Of a DNA stretch of 64,000 nucleotides, positions 1 to 9,689 are shown in pieces; position 1 is the stretch's first letter, and every line of letters starts with the position of its first letter. The notes below the pieces were generated by a model. That model ran no database searches, was not told the origin of the DNA, and saw nothing but the letters and a program-made list of their open reading frames with translations. Both the position numbers and the translations under genes were made by a program. Source of the stretch: an uncultured Gemmatimonadales bacterium (lineage in GTDB: Bacteria; Gemmatimonadota; Gemmatimonadetes; Gemmatimonadales; Gemmatimonadaceae); contig OY969695.1 in NCBI GenBank assembly GCA_963701965.1, forward strand, positions 4,896,001-4,960,000, read 5' to 3'.

Positions 1-459
1 CAAGCGCTGGTGCGCCCCGCGACGTTCGTGCCGACCAGCAAGCCGCTGGACCGCCTGCTGGCCGAGTTTCGCGCGACGCGCACGCACCTCGCTATCGTCG
101 TCGATGAGTACGGCGGCACGGCGGGCCTCGTCACCATCGAGAACATTCTCGAGGAGATCGTCGGCGACATCCGCGACGAGCATGATGTCGACGAGCCCGG
201 CACCGGGCGCCAGGAAGACGGGCGCTGGTGGGTACCGGGCCGCGCGTCGCTGGACGATCTGGCCACACTCGTGGGCCACACGTTCGAGAGCGAGGACGGG
301 GCGACAACCGTCGGCGGCTGGGTATTCGAGCGGTTGGGTCGCGTGCCCCGGCCGGGCGAGGAGTTCATCGCCGACGGTTTCCGCATCGTCGTGGAGCGGG
401 TGCGGCGCCGCGCGGTCGACCGCGTGTACTTCGAGCGTCTGACCCCCGTGACGGTATGA
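1..459 (+). CDS. Hemolysin/CorC-family CBS-domain protein with transporter-associated domain (5'-partial)
   Basis: HLAIVVDEYGGTAGLVTIENILEEIVGDIRDEHD motif and C-terminal TTVGGWVFERLGRVP (CorC_HlyC domain); frame is open at the window edge. Confidence 0.9.
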   Translation, partial: QALVRPATFVPTSKPLDRLLAEFRATRTHLAIVVDEYGGTAGLVTIENILEEIVGDIRDEHDVDEPGTGRQEDGRWWVPGRASLDDLATLVGHTFESEDGATTVGGWVFERLGRVPRPGEEFIADGFRIVVERVRRRAVDRVYFERLTPVTV

Positions 460-1406
460 GCCTCTTCGTCACGTCGGTGATCGTGCTCGGCGTCCTCGTG
501 CTGCTGAACGGCTGGCTGGTCGCGGCCGCGACGGCCATCCGATCGGTCAGCCGCATCTGGTTGCGCCATTGGGCGCAGCGGGGTGGCCACCGCGTGCCGG
601 TCGTGTCGCTGTATCTGGAGCGGCCCGATCAACTCTTGCTGGCCGCCGGCTTGGGCCTCACGACGACCGCGGTGCTGATGGGCGCGGTCATCGGCGGCGA
701 GACCGCGAGCGTGGCCGGCGCGGCCGTCGCGGTGGCGCTCGTGGCCGCCGCCGTGCTGGTGGTTGGCCAACTCGTTCCGCGGGCGGTCGGGCGCCGGTGG
801 GCCAAGGAGCTCGTGCCCGTGCTGCTGCCGTCGCTGCAGGCCATGGCCGTGCTGGCGGCGCCGATCCTGTGGCTGGCCCGTCTCGCCGCCCGGTTCACGG
901 CGCGTGGGGTCGTGAGGCCGCCGTCGCCCGACGCCGTCAACGACGTATTCCGCGACGCCCACCGCGAGGGGGTGAGCAGCGGCGACGAATCGGCGATCGT
1001 CTCCAGCATCGTGCGGTTCGGCGGTCGGACGGTCCGCGACGTGATGACGCCGCGCGCCGACGTGTTCGCCATCGACGTCGCACTGCCCCCGGCCGATGCG
1101 GCCATGGCCATCGCGCGCGCCGCGTACAGCCGCGTGCCCGTCTACCGCGGCAGCTTCAATGACGTCGTCGGCGTCGTGCATACGTTCGGCGTCTTCAAGG
1201 CGCGGCCGGGCGAGCCGCTGCCCGTGCGCCCCGTGGCCCGGGCCGGCGAGCAACAAGCGCTCAGCGACGTCATGCTCGCCATGCTGCGCGAGCGCCGGCA
1301 TCTGGCCATCGTGTCCGACGCCGCGGGGCGCAACGTGGGCCTGGTGACGTTGGAAGATCTGGTGGAAGACGTCGTCGGCGAGATCGAGGATGAGCACGAC
1401 GAATGA
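456..1406 (+). CDS. CNNM/DUF21 plus CBS-domain membrane protein
   Basis: ATGA overlap with the upstream stop; hydrophobic N-terminus with LVVGQLVPRAVG; VRDVMTPRADV, YSRVPVY and GLVTLEDLVEDVVGEIEDE. Confidence 0.85.
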   Translation: MSLFVTSVIVLGVLVLLNGWLVAAATAIRSVSRIWLRHWAQRGGHRVPVVSLYLERPDQLLLAAGLGLTTTAVLMGAVIGGETASVAGAAVAVALVAAAVLVVGQLVPRAVGRRWAKELVPVLLPSLQAMAVLAAPILWLARLAARFTARGVVRPPSPDAVNDVFRDAHREGVSSGDESAIVSSIVRFGGRTVRDVMTPRADVFAIDVALPPADAAMAIARAAYSRVPVYRGSFNDVVGVVHTFGVFKARPGEPLPVRPVARAGEQQALSDVMLAMLRERRHLAIVSDAAGRNVGLVTLEDLVEDVVGEIEDEHDE

Positions 1407-2356
1407 TCGACCGCCTGCTGGAGGACTTCTTCGCCGGCAAGACGCCCGCGCTGGCGCGGGCCGTGAGTCTCGTCGAGAATCATCGCCCCGGGTATGAGCG
1501 CTTGCTCGCCGCGCTGCACTCCCGCGTGGGCCGGGCGCGTCGCATTGGTCTCACGGGGCCGCCGGGCGCTGGCAAGAGCACCCTCACCATGCGCCTGGTG
1601 CAGGCGCTGCGCGGAGAGGGATTGCGCGTCGGGGTGCTGGCCGTCGATCCCACGTCGCCCTACACCGGTGGGGCGCTGCTCGGTGACCGGGTGCGCATGG
1701 AAGACGTGGCCCTCGACCCCGGCGTGTACATTCGCTCGCTGGCCACGCGCGGCGCGCTCGGCGGCCTGTCGGCCGCGACGCGCGAAGTGGCCGATCTCTT
1801 CGACGCGTTTGGGTTCGATCGCATTTTGATCGAGACCGTCGGCGTCGGCCAGAGCGAGCTCAATGTCGCGCGAACGGCCGATACCATCGCGGTGGTGCTC
1901 GTGCCCGAGTCCGGGGATGGCATTCAGGCCCTCAAGGCCGGGCTCATGGAGATCGCCGACGTTTTTGTCGTGAACAAAGCGGACCGGCCCGGCGCGGACC
2001 GGGTGCGGCGGGATATCGATACGGCGCTGCATTTTCGCGCGGCATCGGCCTGGACACCGCCGGTCATCTCCGCGGTGGCGCTGACCGGGGACGGCGTCGC
2101 GGACGTGCTGGCCGCCCTGGACCGGCATTTCCAGTACCTGGTCGACAGCGGTGCGCTGGAGCAGCGGCGTCAGAAACGATTGCGGGAGCGCGTGCTGGAC
2201 GTGGTCGAGCAACGCGTCCGTGCCCTGGTTCTCGGCGCGGCGAGGGAGACTTGGTTGGAAGAACGTCTCAAGGCCAATGACGCCACGCCGTTCGCCCTCG
2301 CCGATGAGTTGTTGGCGCTCACCCTGCAACGGGGAGCGGCGCACGGCGGCGACTGA
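1403..2356 (+). CDS. meaB: Methylmalonyl-CoA mutase-associated GTPase (MeaB/ArgK)
   Basis: GLTGPPGAGKST, AVDPTSPYTGGALLGDRVRM, ETVGVGQSE, KAGLMEIAD, VNKAD. Confidence 0.95.
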   Translation: MIDRLLEDFFAGKTPALARAVSLVENHRPGYERLLAALHSRVGRARRIGLTGPPGAGKSTLTMRLVQALRGEGLRVGVLAVDPTSPYTGGALLGDRVRMEDVALDPGVYIRSLATRGALGGLSAATREVADLFDAFGFDRILIETVGVGQSELNVARTADTIAVVLVPESGDGIQALKAGLMEIADVFVVNKADRPGADRVRRDIDTALHFRAASAWTPPVISAVALTGDGVADVLAALDRHFQYLVDSGALEQRRQKRLRERVLDVVEQRVRALVLGAARETWLEERLKANDATPFALADELLALTLQRGAAHGGD

Positions 2357-3107
2357 TTGGTGGGCGTCCTACTTCGACGCGCAGTATCTGCGCGAGTACG
2401 AGCCCATCTTCTCTGCGGATCAGGATCGACGGGATGTCGCGCGGCTCGTGGAGCTGTTGCGGCAGCCTGTGGGCGCGCGCGTCCTCGACGTGCCCTGCGG
2501 GCAGGGGCGTCATGCCCATCTCCTGGCCGAGGCCGGGTATCGCGTCGAGGGGCTCGATTACTCGGCGCATCTGCTGTCGGTCGCCCGGGCGCGCGCCAAT
2601 GGCGTGCGCTACACGCGCGGGGACATGCGCCGGATGCCGGGTCGGTGGACCGGCCGGTTCGACGCCGTCGTGAACCTCTTCACATCGTTCGGTTTCTTTC
2701 TGGACCCGCGCGATGACGCGCGCGTGTTGCGCGAGGTCGCGCGCGTGCTGCGTCCGGGTGGCGTGTTCGTGTGGCACGGCGCCAGTCGCAATGGGGTCGT
2801 GGCCCGCATGGTGAGTCGGGACTGGTGGCATTCCGACGATGGGACGCTCATCGCCCACCGGCGGGCCTTCGATCCGCTCTCCGGCATCCTGACCGTGCGG
2901 GTCATGTGGCGCGGGCACACGGGGATCGGGCTCGAGCCGGAAGGGGAGCGCGAGTACCGGATACGCTTGTACACGCCCACGCGATTGGCCGAATTGTGCG
3001 CCGACGCGGGCATGATCGTGGAAGAAGCGTACGACGGCTGGACCGACCGGGCGTTGCGTCGGCGGACGACGACCATGGTACTGGTCGCTCGTTCGGCGGC
3101 CCGGTAA
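2343..3107 (+). CDS. Class I SAM-dependent methyltransferase (start uncertain; ACG at 2343 or ATG at 2304)
   Basis: [46 protein letters not shown] 6 nt upstream of the in-frame ACG at 2343. Confidence 0.85.
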   Translation, partial: TAATDWWASYFDAQYLREYEPIFSADQDRRDVARLVELLRQPVGARVLDVPCGQGRHAHLLAEAGYRVEGLDYSAHLLSVARARANGVRYTRGDMRRMPGRWTGRFDAVVNLFTSFGFFLDPRDDARVLREVARVLRPGGVFVWHGASRNGVVARMVSRDWWHSDDGTLIAHRRAFDPLSGILTVRVMWRGHTGIGLEPEGEREYRIRLYTPTRLAELCADAGMIVEEAYDGWTDRALRRRTTTMVLVARSAAR

Positions 3108-3118
3108 CATTCGCTGTG

Positions 3119-3532
3119 ATGTCCAGACCAATCCGTGTCCTCGTCGCCAAGCCCGGTCTCGACGGGCACGACCGGGGCGCCAAAGTCGTCGCGGCGGCCC
3201 TGCGCGACGCGGGGATGGAGGTCATTTACACCGGCTTGCATCAGACGCCGGAGATGATCGCGACGGCCGCGGTGCAAGAGGACGTCGACGTCGTGGGGCT
3301 TTCGATCTTGAGCGGTGCACATATGACGCTGTTCCCGCGGGTGCAGGAACTGCTCCGCGCGGATGGCCGCGAGGACATATTGTTGACAGGCGGTGGCATC
3401 ATCCCGAAGGACGACATGGAGGCCCTCCAGCGCATGGGGATCGGCCGCCTCTTCGGTCCAGGCACGACCACGACGGAACTGGTGCAGTACATCCAGGAGT
3501 GGTTCGCCGAGCGCCAGCGGCAAGAGGTGTGA
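3119..3532 (+). CDS. Stand-alone cobalamin (B12)-binding domain, acyl-CoA mutase small subunit
   Basis: [19 protein letters not shown] (DxHxxG), [15 protein letters not shown]. Confidence 0.95.
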   Translation: MSRPIRVLVAKPGLDGHDRGAKVVAAALRDAGMEVIYTGLHQTPEMIATAAVQEDVDVVGLSILSGAHMTLFPRVQELLRADGREDILLTGGGIIPKDDMEALQRMGIGRLFGPGTTTTELVQYIQEWFAERQRQEV

Positions 3533-5109
3533 GCACCCGGCTTCGCCAGTCGAGCGACGATGTCCGGGCGCTCGAATCGCGTGTGATCGCGGGCGGCGGT
3601 CCGGACAAGATCGAGCGCCAGCACGCGCAGGGGAAGATGACCGCGCGGGAGCGCATTGCCGGTCTCACCGACCCCGGCACGCGCTTTGTAGAAGTCGGCC
3701 TGCTCGTCGCCTACGACCAGTATGAGGGCCAAGCGCCGGGCGTCGGCGTCGTCACGGGGATCGGCATCGTGCACGGTCGCGAAGTCGTCATCGTGGCCAA
3801 CGACGCGACCGTCAAAGCCGGGTCGTGGTGGCCGGAGACGATCAAGAAAATCCTGCGGGCGCAGGAGATCGCGATGCGTTGTCGGGTTCCGATCATCTAT
3901 CTCGTCGACTCGTCCGGCGTGAATCTGCCGTATCAAGGCGGGGTGTTCCCGGGTCAGTACGGCGCGAGCCGCATCTTTTACTACAACTCCATCATGCGGC
4001 GCTATTTGCACGTGCCGCAGCTGGCAGCCGTGATGGGGCCGTGCATCGCCGGTGGTGCGTACCTGCCGGCGCTCTCCGACGTGATCGTGATGGTGAAGGG
4101 CACATCGTTCATGGGGCTGGGGGGTCCCAATCTGGTCGAAGGCGCGACGGGGCAAACGGTCGACTCCGAGTCCCTCGGTGGCGCCACGATGCACACGTCG
4201 GTCTCCGGCGTGGCGCACTACATCGCCGACGACGATGCCGCCTGTCTCGATCGGCTGCGCCGGCTGGTGGCGCAACTGCCCGCGTCGCTGGTCTCCGAGA
4301 CGCGCGTGGCGCCGCAACCGGCCGATGGCCTGTACGATCTCCTGCCGGCGGATCACCGGATGCCGTATGACATGATGGCGGTGCTCCGGATGCTGGTGGA
4401 CGACGGTCAGCTCGATGAGTTCCAGTCGGACCTGGCGAAGGAGATGATCTGCGTCGATGCCCGCCTCGGCGGCATCCCGATCGGCGTGATCGCGAATCGC
4501 CGCGGGCTCGTCAAAGGGCGGCCCGGGGAGAAGCCGCGGTTCGGTGGCATCGTGTACGCCGAGAGCGCGGAGAAAGTGGCGTACTACATCGACCGCTGTG
4601 ATCGGGAAGGGATCGCCCTCCTGTTCGTGCAGGACGTGTCGGGATTCATGGTCGGCCCCGAGGCCGAGGGCGAGGGCATCATCCGGGCGGGCGCGCGATT
4701 CGTGGAGGCGATGGCTACGGCGAAGGTGCCGAAGCTGGTCCTCACCGTGAATCACGCCTCGGGCGCCGGGTACTACGCCATGGCGGGGCAGGGGTTCGAC
4801 CCCGATTTCATCTTTACCTGGCCGACGGGCCGCATGGGTGTCATGGAAGGAGAATCCGCCGTGCGCGCCGTGCACGGACCGGCGCTGGCCGCCGCGAAGG
4901 CCGCGGGGCGCGAGCCGGCGCCGGCCGTCACCGCCGCCGTCGACGCGATGCGCGAGGAATACGAAGCCCAACTCGACGCGCGATACGCTGCCGCGCGCGG
5001 TTACGTCGATGCCATCGTGTATCCGGAGGACACCCGCGACGTGTTGGCCATGGCGTTGCGCACCGCCCGCCACAACCCCGGCCCTCATCTCGGAGCGTTC
5101 GCGCTATGA
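3529..5109 (+). CDS. Acyl-CoA carboxylase carboxyltransferase (beta) subunit, MCC-beta-like
   Basis: [49 protein letters not shown] overlap with the upstream gene. Confidence 0.93.
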   Translation: MSTRLRQSSDDVRALESRVIAGGGPDKIERQHAQGKMTARERIAGLTDPGTRFVEVGLLVAYDQYEGQAPGVGVVTGIGIVHGREVVIVANDATVKAGSWWPETIKKILRAQEIAMRCRVPIIYLVDSSGVNLPYQGGVFPGQYGASRIFYYNSIMRRYLHVPQLAAVMGPCIAGGAYLPALSDVIVMVKGTSFMGLGGPNLVEGATGQTVDSESLGGATMHTSVSGVAHYIADDDAACLDRLRRLVAQLPASLVSETRVAPQPADGLYDLLPADHRMPYDMMAVLRMLVDDGQLDEFQSDLAKEMICVDARLGGIPIGVIANRRGLVKGRPGEKPRFGGIVYAESAEKVAYYIDRCDREGIALLFVQDVSGFMVGPEAEGEGIIRAGARFVEAMATAKVPKLVLTVNHASGAGYYAMAGQGFDPDFIFTWPTGRMGVMEGESAVRAVHGPALAAAKAAGREPAPAVTAAVDAMREEYEAQLDARYAAARGYVDAIVYPEDTRDVLAMALRTARHNPGPHLGAFAL

Positions 5110-6458
5110 ATCCCGTGCGAGTCGGTGGCGGCCAGGGCTTCTGGGGCGATGATCCCGACGCGCCCCGGCGGCTCGTCGAAGGCGGTCCGCTCGACTATCT
5201 GATGCTCGACTATCTGGCCGAGGTCACGATGTCGATCCTGCAGAAGCAAAAGGAGCGCGACCCGGCGATGGGGTACGCGCGCGATTTTATCTCGTCGGTC
5301 GAAAGCGTGCTGCCCGCGTTGTCGCGCGGCTTGCGCATTGTGGCCAATGCCGGCGGGGTGAACCCCAAGGGCTGCGCCGACGCGCTGCGCGCGATGGCCA
5401 GCGCGCGCGGCGCCTCCGGCGCCGTGCGCATTGGGGTCGTGACTGGCGATGATCTGTTGCCGCGTCTCGATGAATTGGTGGCACAAGGGCACGTGTTGGC
5501 GAACATGGAAACCGGCGAGCCGCTGAGCACCGTTCGCGAGCGTGTGCTTTCGGCCAACGCGTACATTGGGTCGGAGCCGATCGTCGAAGCGCTATCCAAA
5601 GAGGCCAACGTCGTCGTGACCGGGCGTTCGACCGACACGGCGCTCACCATGGCACCCCTCCGCCACGAGTTCGGCTGGACGGCCTCGGACTACGACCGGT
5701 TGGCCGCCGGGATCGTCGCGGGGCACATTATTGAGTGCGGCGCGCAGTGCTCCGGCGGCAACTGCCTGTACGATTGGCGCGACATCCCCGACCTGGCGGA
5801 CGTCGGCTACCCGATCATCGAGGGTTCGCCCGATGGCACGTTCGTCGTGACGAAGCACCAAGGCACGGGCGGCCGCGTCTCGACGCATACGGTCACCGAG
5901 CAGTTGGTCTACGAGATGGGCGATCCGCACGCGTACATCACGCCGGACGTCATCGCCGATTTCACCTCGATCCGTCTGGGGCAGGCGGGCCCCGACCGCG
6001 TCCGGGTCTCCGGCATTCGCGGCGCGGCGCCGACCGACAAGCTCAAGGTCTCCATCGCCTATCGCTCGGGCTACAAGGCCGTCGGCACGCTCGTCTACGC
6101 CTGGCCGGACGCGCTGGAAAAGGCCCAGGCCGCCGACCGCGTGCTGCGCCAGCGGCTCGACCGTCTGGGACTCCGGTTCGACAAAGTACTCACCGAGTTC
6201 GTGGGGGCCTCGGCGACGCACGGCCCGTTGTCGTCTCCGCCGCCCGACCTCCCCGAAGTCCAGCTCCGGATCGGTGTCCGATCCGAGCGAAAGGGCGACG
6301 TCGAGAAGTTCTCGCGGCAGATCGCGCCCCTCGTGCTCAACGGCCCGCCCAGTGTCACCGGTTTCGCGGGCGGCCGCCCCAAGGTGGAGGAAATCGTGGC
6401 GTACTGGCCCGCGCTCATCGACAAGCGCGTCGTGACTCCCGCCGTGGCGATCGTCTGA
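5106..6458 (+). CDS. Acyclic terpene utilization AtuA-family protein (DUF1446)
   Basis: [58 protein letters not shown]. Confidence 0.9.
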   Translation: MNPVRVGGGQGFWGDDPDAPRRLVEGGPLDYLMLDYLAEVTMSILQKQKERDPAMGYARDFISSVESVLPALSRGLRIVANAGGVNPKGCADALRAMASARGASGAVRIGVVTGDDLLPRLDELVAQGHVLANMETGEPLSTVRERVLSANAYIGSEPIVEALSKEANVVVTGRSTDTALTMAPLRHEFGWTASDYDRLAAGIVAGHIIECGAQCSGGNCLYDWRDIPDLADVGYPIIEGSPDGTFVVTKHQGTGGRVSTHTVTEQLVYEMGDPHAYITPDVIADFTSIRLGQAGPDRVRVSGIRGAAPTDKLKVSIAYRSGYKAVGTLVYAWPDALEKAQAADRVLRQRLDRLGLRFDKVLTEFVGASATHGPLSSPPPDLPEVQLRIGVRSERKGDVEKFSRQIAPLVLNGPPSVTGFAGGRPKVEEIVAYWPALIDKRVVTPAVAIV

Positions 6459-6811
6459 TGCGCGTCCGCCTCCGCGACATCGCGCACGCCCGCTCGGGCG
6501 ACAAGGGCGACACGGCCAACGTCGGCGTCATCGCGATGCGCCCCGAATGGTACGATGTGCTGGCACGCCATTTGACCCGGGATCGCGTGGCCCAACACTT
6601 CGCCGGCGTGATCACCGGCGGCGTGGTGCGTTTCGAGTTGCCCAACCTGGGCGCGCTCAACTTCCTGCTCCACGGCGCGCTCGACGGCGGCGGCACGCTC
6701 TCGCTCAAGACCGACGCCCAGGGCAAGGTCTTCTCGACGGCGCTGCTTCGGCTCGTGCTCGACGTCCCGGAGGACGTCGCGGCGCGGCTTTCGCTGCCGC
6801 GGGAGCCGTGA
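6458..6811 (+). CDS. AtuA-related small protein (AtuA C-terminal-like domain)
   Basis: HARSGDKGDTANVGVIA and LDGGGTLSLKTDAQGK; TGATG coupling to the upstream gene. Confidence 0.85.
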   Translation: MRVRLRDIAHARSGDKGDTANVGVIAMRPEWYDVLARHLTRDRVAQHFAGVITGGVVRFELPNLGALNFLLHGALDGGGTLSLKTDAQGKVFSTALLRLVLDVPEDVAARLSLPREP

Positions 6812-6963
6812 CCAGGCTCACGACCTGGCGACTCGTCGTGGCGCTCGTCGGCGTCACGATTTTTGGTTGGGGCATCCGGACGGAGGATATGACGGTGCGC
6901 TGGGTGGGAATCGGATTTCTGGTCGTCGCGCTCGCGCTGCGTTTCATCAAGGGGCCTCGGTAA
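6808..6963 (+). CDS. Small two-TM membrane protein
   Basis: GTGA overlap; two hydrophobic segments (LVVALVGVTIFGWG, WVGIGFLVVALAL). Confidence 0.6.
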   Translation: MTRLTTWRLVVALVGVTIFGWGIRTEDMTVRWVGIGFLVVALALRFIKGPR

Positions 6964-6995
6964 GGGGTCGGGATCGGGTTAACTTTGGCGGTGCC

Positions 6996-9632
6996 ATGAC
7001 CGCCGCCCGACAACCGATTCCTGAGCTGCTCGCGCCCGCCGGGTCGCTCGACGCCGTGCGGGCGGCCGTGGCCAACGGCGCCGACGCGGTCTATCTGGGC
7101 GCCGAGCGGTTCAACGCGCGCGATGAGGGCGCGCAGCTCACGTTCGACGAGCTGTCCCAGGCCTGCCGCCTGGCCCACGCGCACGGCGCCCGCATTTATC
7201 TCACGCTCAACGTGCTCATCAAGCCGGGCGAACTGGCCGACGCGTTGAGCGTCCTCGGCGAGGCGATCGACCGGGGGATCGATGCGGTCATCGTGCAGGA
7301 TGTCGGGCTCGTCCGGCTCATTCGCGCGATCTACCCGGCGCTCGAGATCCACGGGTCCACGCAGATGACGGTGCACGATGCCACCGGCGCGGCGATCCTC
7401 CACGACCTCGGCGTGTCGCGGGTCGTGCTGGCGCGCGAAAACACGCTCGACGACGTGCGGGCGATTCGGCGCGCCGTGCCGGAGCTGGGCCTGGAGACGT
7501 TCGTGCATGGCGCGCTCTGCATCGCGTACTCCGGACAGTGCTTCATGTCCGGCATGATCTCGGAGCGGAGCGCCAACCGCGGGTCCTGCGCGCAATCCTG
7601 TCGCAAAGACTATGTCCTGCGCGACAACGCGACGGGTACGGTCCTCGACTCGGGGTATCTGATCTCGGCCAAGGATCTCGCGGCGTACGACGCGTTGGCC
7701 GAGATCGCCCGCGCCGGCGTCTCGTGTCTCAAGGTGGAGGGGCGCAAGAAGCGCCCGGAGTACGTCGCGACGGTGACGGCCGGCTACCGCGCGTTCCTCG
7801 ACCGGGTGGCCGAGGGCGCGACGGCGCCGCTCCCGCCGGCCGACGTCCAGCCGCTGGTTCAGATCTTCAGCCGGGGATTCACGGCGGGGATGCTGGGCGA
7901 TGGCGACCGCGCTGGCCGCGAGTACGTCACCCGCACGCATCCGGACCACCGCGGACTGGCGCTCGGCCGCGTCGCGGCGGTCGCCGACAACGAGGTCACG
8001 ATCGAGCTCGCTGGCGCGGTCGATCCGGTCGCCGTCGGCGATGGCCTCGCGTTCGAGCCGCCGGCCGGCACGCGCGGTGAACGCATTGGTTTCGCGGTCG
8101 AGCGCGTGCGCCCCGCGGGTGCGACGCGCGTGGCCGTGGGCACCCGGAAGCGCGTGCCCCTCGGTTGGCTCGCGTACCGCACCGCGCAGGCGTCGCTGCT
8201 GGAGCGGGGGCGCGCTGGCGTCGCCCGCACGCACGTGCCCGATGCCCCGAAGCGGCGCCTCGACGTCCGTCTCTTCGGCCAAGCGGGATCCCCGCTCAAG
8301 GCGATCTTCTCGGTGGGCACCGACTCGGTCACTGTCCGCACCGAGATCTCCCTCCGCCCAGCCGATCGCCGTGCGCTCGATGACGCGCAGCTCCGGGAGC
8401 AGCTCGGCCGACTAGGCGAGACGCCATTCGCGCTCGGCACACTCGACGCCGCCGCCCTCGGCCCGGGGCTGTTTCTGCCCGTCAGCGCCCTCAATCGCCT
8501 CCGCCAGGAAGCCACCACCGAGCTCGCGGGGCGCGGCGAGTGGACGGAAAACGCCGCGCGCGCGGAGCGCGCGACGGCGATCGCCAATGCGCTGGTGATA
8601 CCAACGATCGCCAATGACCTAGCGTCGTCAGCGACTGCCGAGGCGCCGCTGGTACCAGCGATCGCCAATGCGCTGGTGATACCAACGATCGCCAATGACC
8701 TAGCGTCGTCAGCGACTGCCGAGGCGCCGCTGGTACCAGCGATCGCCAATGGGCTAGCATCGCCAACGATCGCCGCCGAGGCCGCCGAGTACACGTTGTC
8801 CGCCACAGTGTACAACGTCGACGATGCGCGAGCGGCAGCGAGCGCGGGGGCGACGGAGATCGTGTTCGACCCATTTCTCCGCAACCCGCCGCTGCCGGCG
8901 GCGCGGGTCCGCGCGCTGGCCGAGGAGCTGGGTCTCCCATTCGCCATTCGGACGCCGACGATCGTGCGTCCGCCCGAGCGCCGACACCTCGACAAGTGGT
9001 TGGCGCTCGGCCTCCCCATCGTGACGGGCCACCTCGGCCTCGTCCACGCATTGGCCGGCGATGGTCGCCGCGTCATCGCCGACTACGCGACGAACTGCTT
9101 CAACCCTCACACGGCCGCCGAGTTTTTCCGCTTGGGGGCCGAGCGGATCGTGTTGTCCGTCGAGCTGACGACGGACGAGATGGCGGATGTCGTCCGCCCC
9201 TGGGGCGGCGCGCGGTTCGCGACGCTGATCTACGGTCGTCCCGAAGGGATGACGATCGAGCACTGTGTGCTCTCGGCGGCCTTCGACCGCCGCCCGACGA
9301 CGTGCCGGGATCTCTGCGTGCAGTCGCACCCTGACGTCGCGCTCACCGACCCCGCCGGCTACACGTTCTCGGTCGCGACCGATACGGATTGCCGCAATCG
9401 CCTGTTGCACTCGCGCCCGATCGAGGGATCGGAGTTCGTCCCGCGTCTGTGGGCGGCCGGTATTCGCACCTACCACCTGATACTCAACGTCCCGGGCGAT
9501 CCGGTCGCCGACCTGGTGGGCGGGTACGCGCGGACACTGCGCGCACTGGCTACGGGCGCCGAGCCCGACGGCAGCCCCCGCCGCATCGTCGGCTCCGCGT
9601 TCACGCGCGGACACTTCGCGCGCGCCGTTTGA
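6996..9632 (+). CDS. U32 family protein with DUF3656-like region (RlhA-type Fe-S RNA hydroxylase family)
   Basis: PELLAPAG, GADAVYLG, HGSTQM, HGALCIAYSGQC..NRGSCAQSCR (four Cys), LKVEGRKK; second degenerate U32 half at the C-terminus. Confidence 0.9.
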   Translation: MTAARQPIPELLAPAGSLDAVRAAVANGADAVYLGAERFNARDEGAQLTFDELSQACRLAHAHGARIYLTLNVLIKPGELADALSVLGEAIDRGIDAVIVQDVGLVRLIRAIYPALEIHGSTQMTVHDATGAAILHDLGVSRVVLARENTLDDVRAIRRAVPELGLETFVHGALCIAYSGQCFMSGMISERSANRGSCAQSCRKDYVLRDNATGTVLDSGYLISAKDLAAYDALAEIARAGVSCLKVEGRKKRPEYVATVTAGYRAFLDRVAEGATAPLPPADVQPLVQIFSRGFTAGMLGDGDRAGREYVTRTHPDHRGLALGRVAAVADNEVTIELAGAVDPVAVGDGLAFEPPAGTRGERIGFAVERVRPAGATRVAVGTRKRVPLGWLAYRTAQASLLERGRAGVARTHVPDAPKRRLDVRLFGQAGSPLKAIFSVGTDSVTVRTEISLRPADRRALDDAQLREQLGRLGETPFALGTLDAAALGPGLFLPVSALNRLRQEATTELAGRGEWTENAARAERATAIANALVIPTIANDLASSATAEAPLVPAIANALVIPTIANDLASSATAEAPLVPAIANGLASPTIAAEAAEYTLSATVYNVDDARAAASAGATEIVFDPFLRNPPLPAARVRALAEELGLPFAIRTPTIVRPPERRHLDKWLALGLPIVTGHLGLVHALAGDGRRVIADYATNCFNPHTAAEFFRLGAERIVLSVELTTDEMADVVRPWGGARFATLIYGRPEGMTIEHCVLSAAFDRRPTTCRDLCVQSHPDVALTDPAGYTFSVATDTDCRNRLLHSRPIEGSEFVPRLWAAGIRTYHLILNVPGDPVADLVGGYARTLRALATGAEPDGSPRRIVGSAFTRGHFARAV
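8577..8774 (+). repeat. In-frame tandem repeat: two exact 81-bp units plus a partial third, built from 27-bp sub-units
   Basis: 8577-8657 is identical to 8658-8738 (AIANALVIPTIANDLASSATAEAPLVP); partial unit from 8739. Confidence 0.95.
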
Positions 9633-9689
9633 TGTTGGACCGTACGCCGTGATGCGTGGCCCGCTGTTGTCGCGGGCTAGTGTCGCGGC

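Noticed and set aside
8577..8774. CRISPR array
   Set aside because: Contiguous in-frame coding repeats with no unique spacers, and no cas genes in the window
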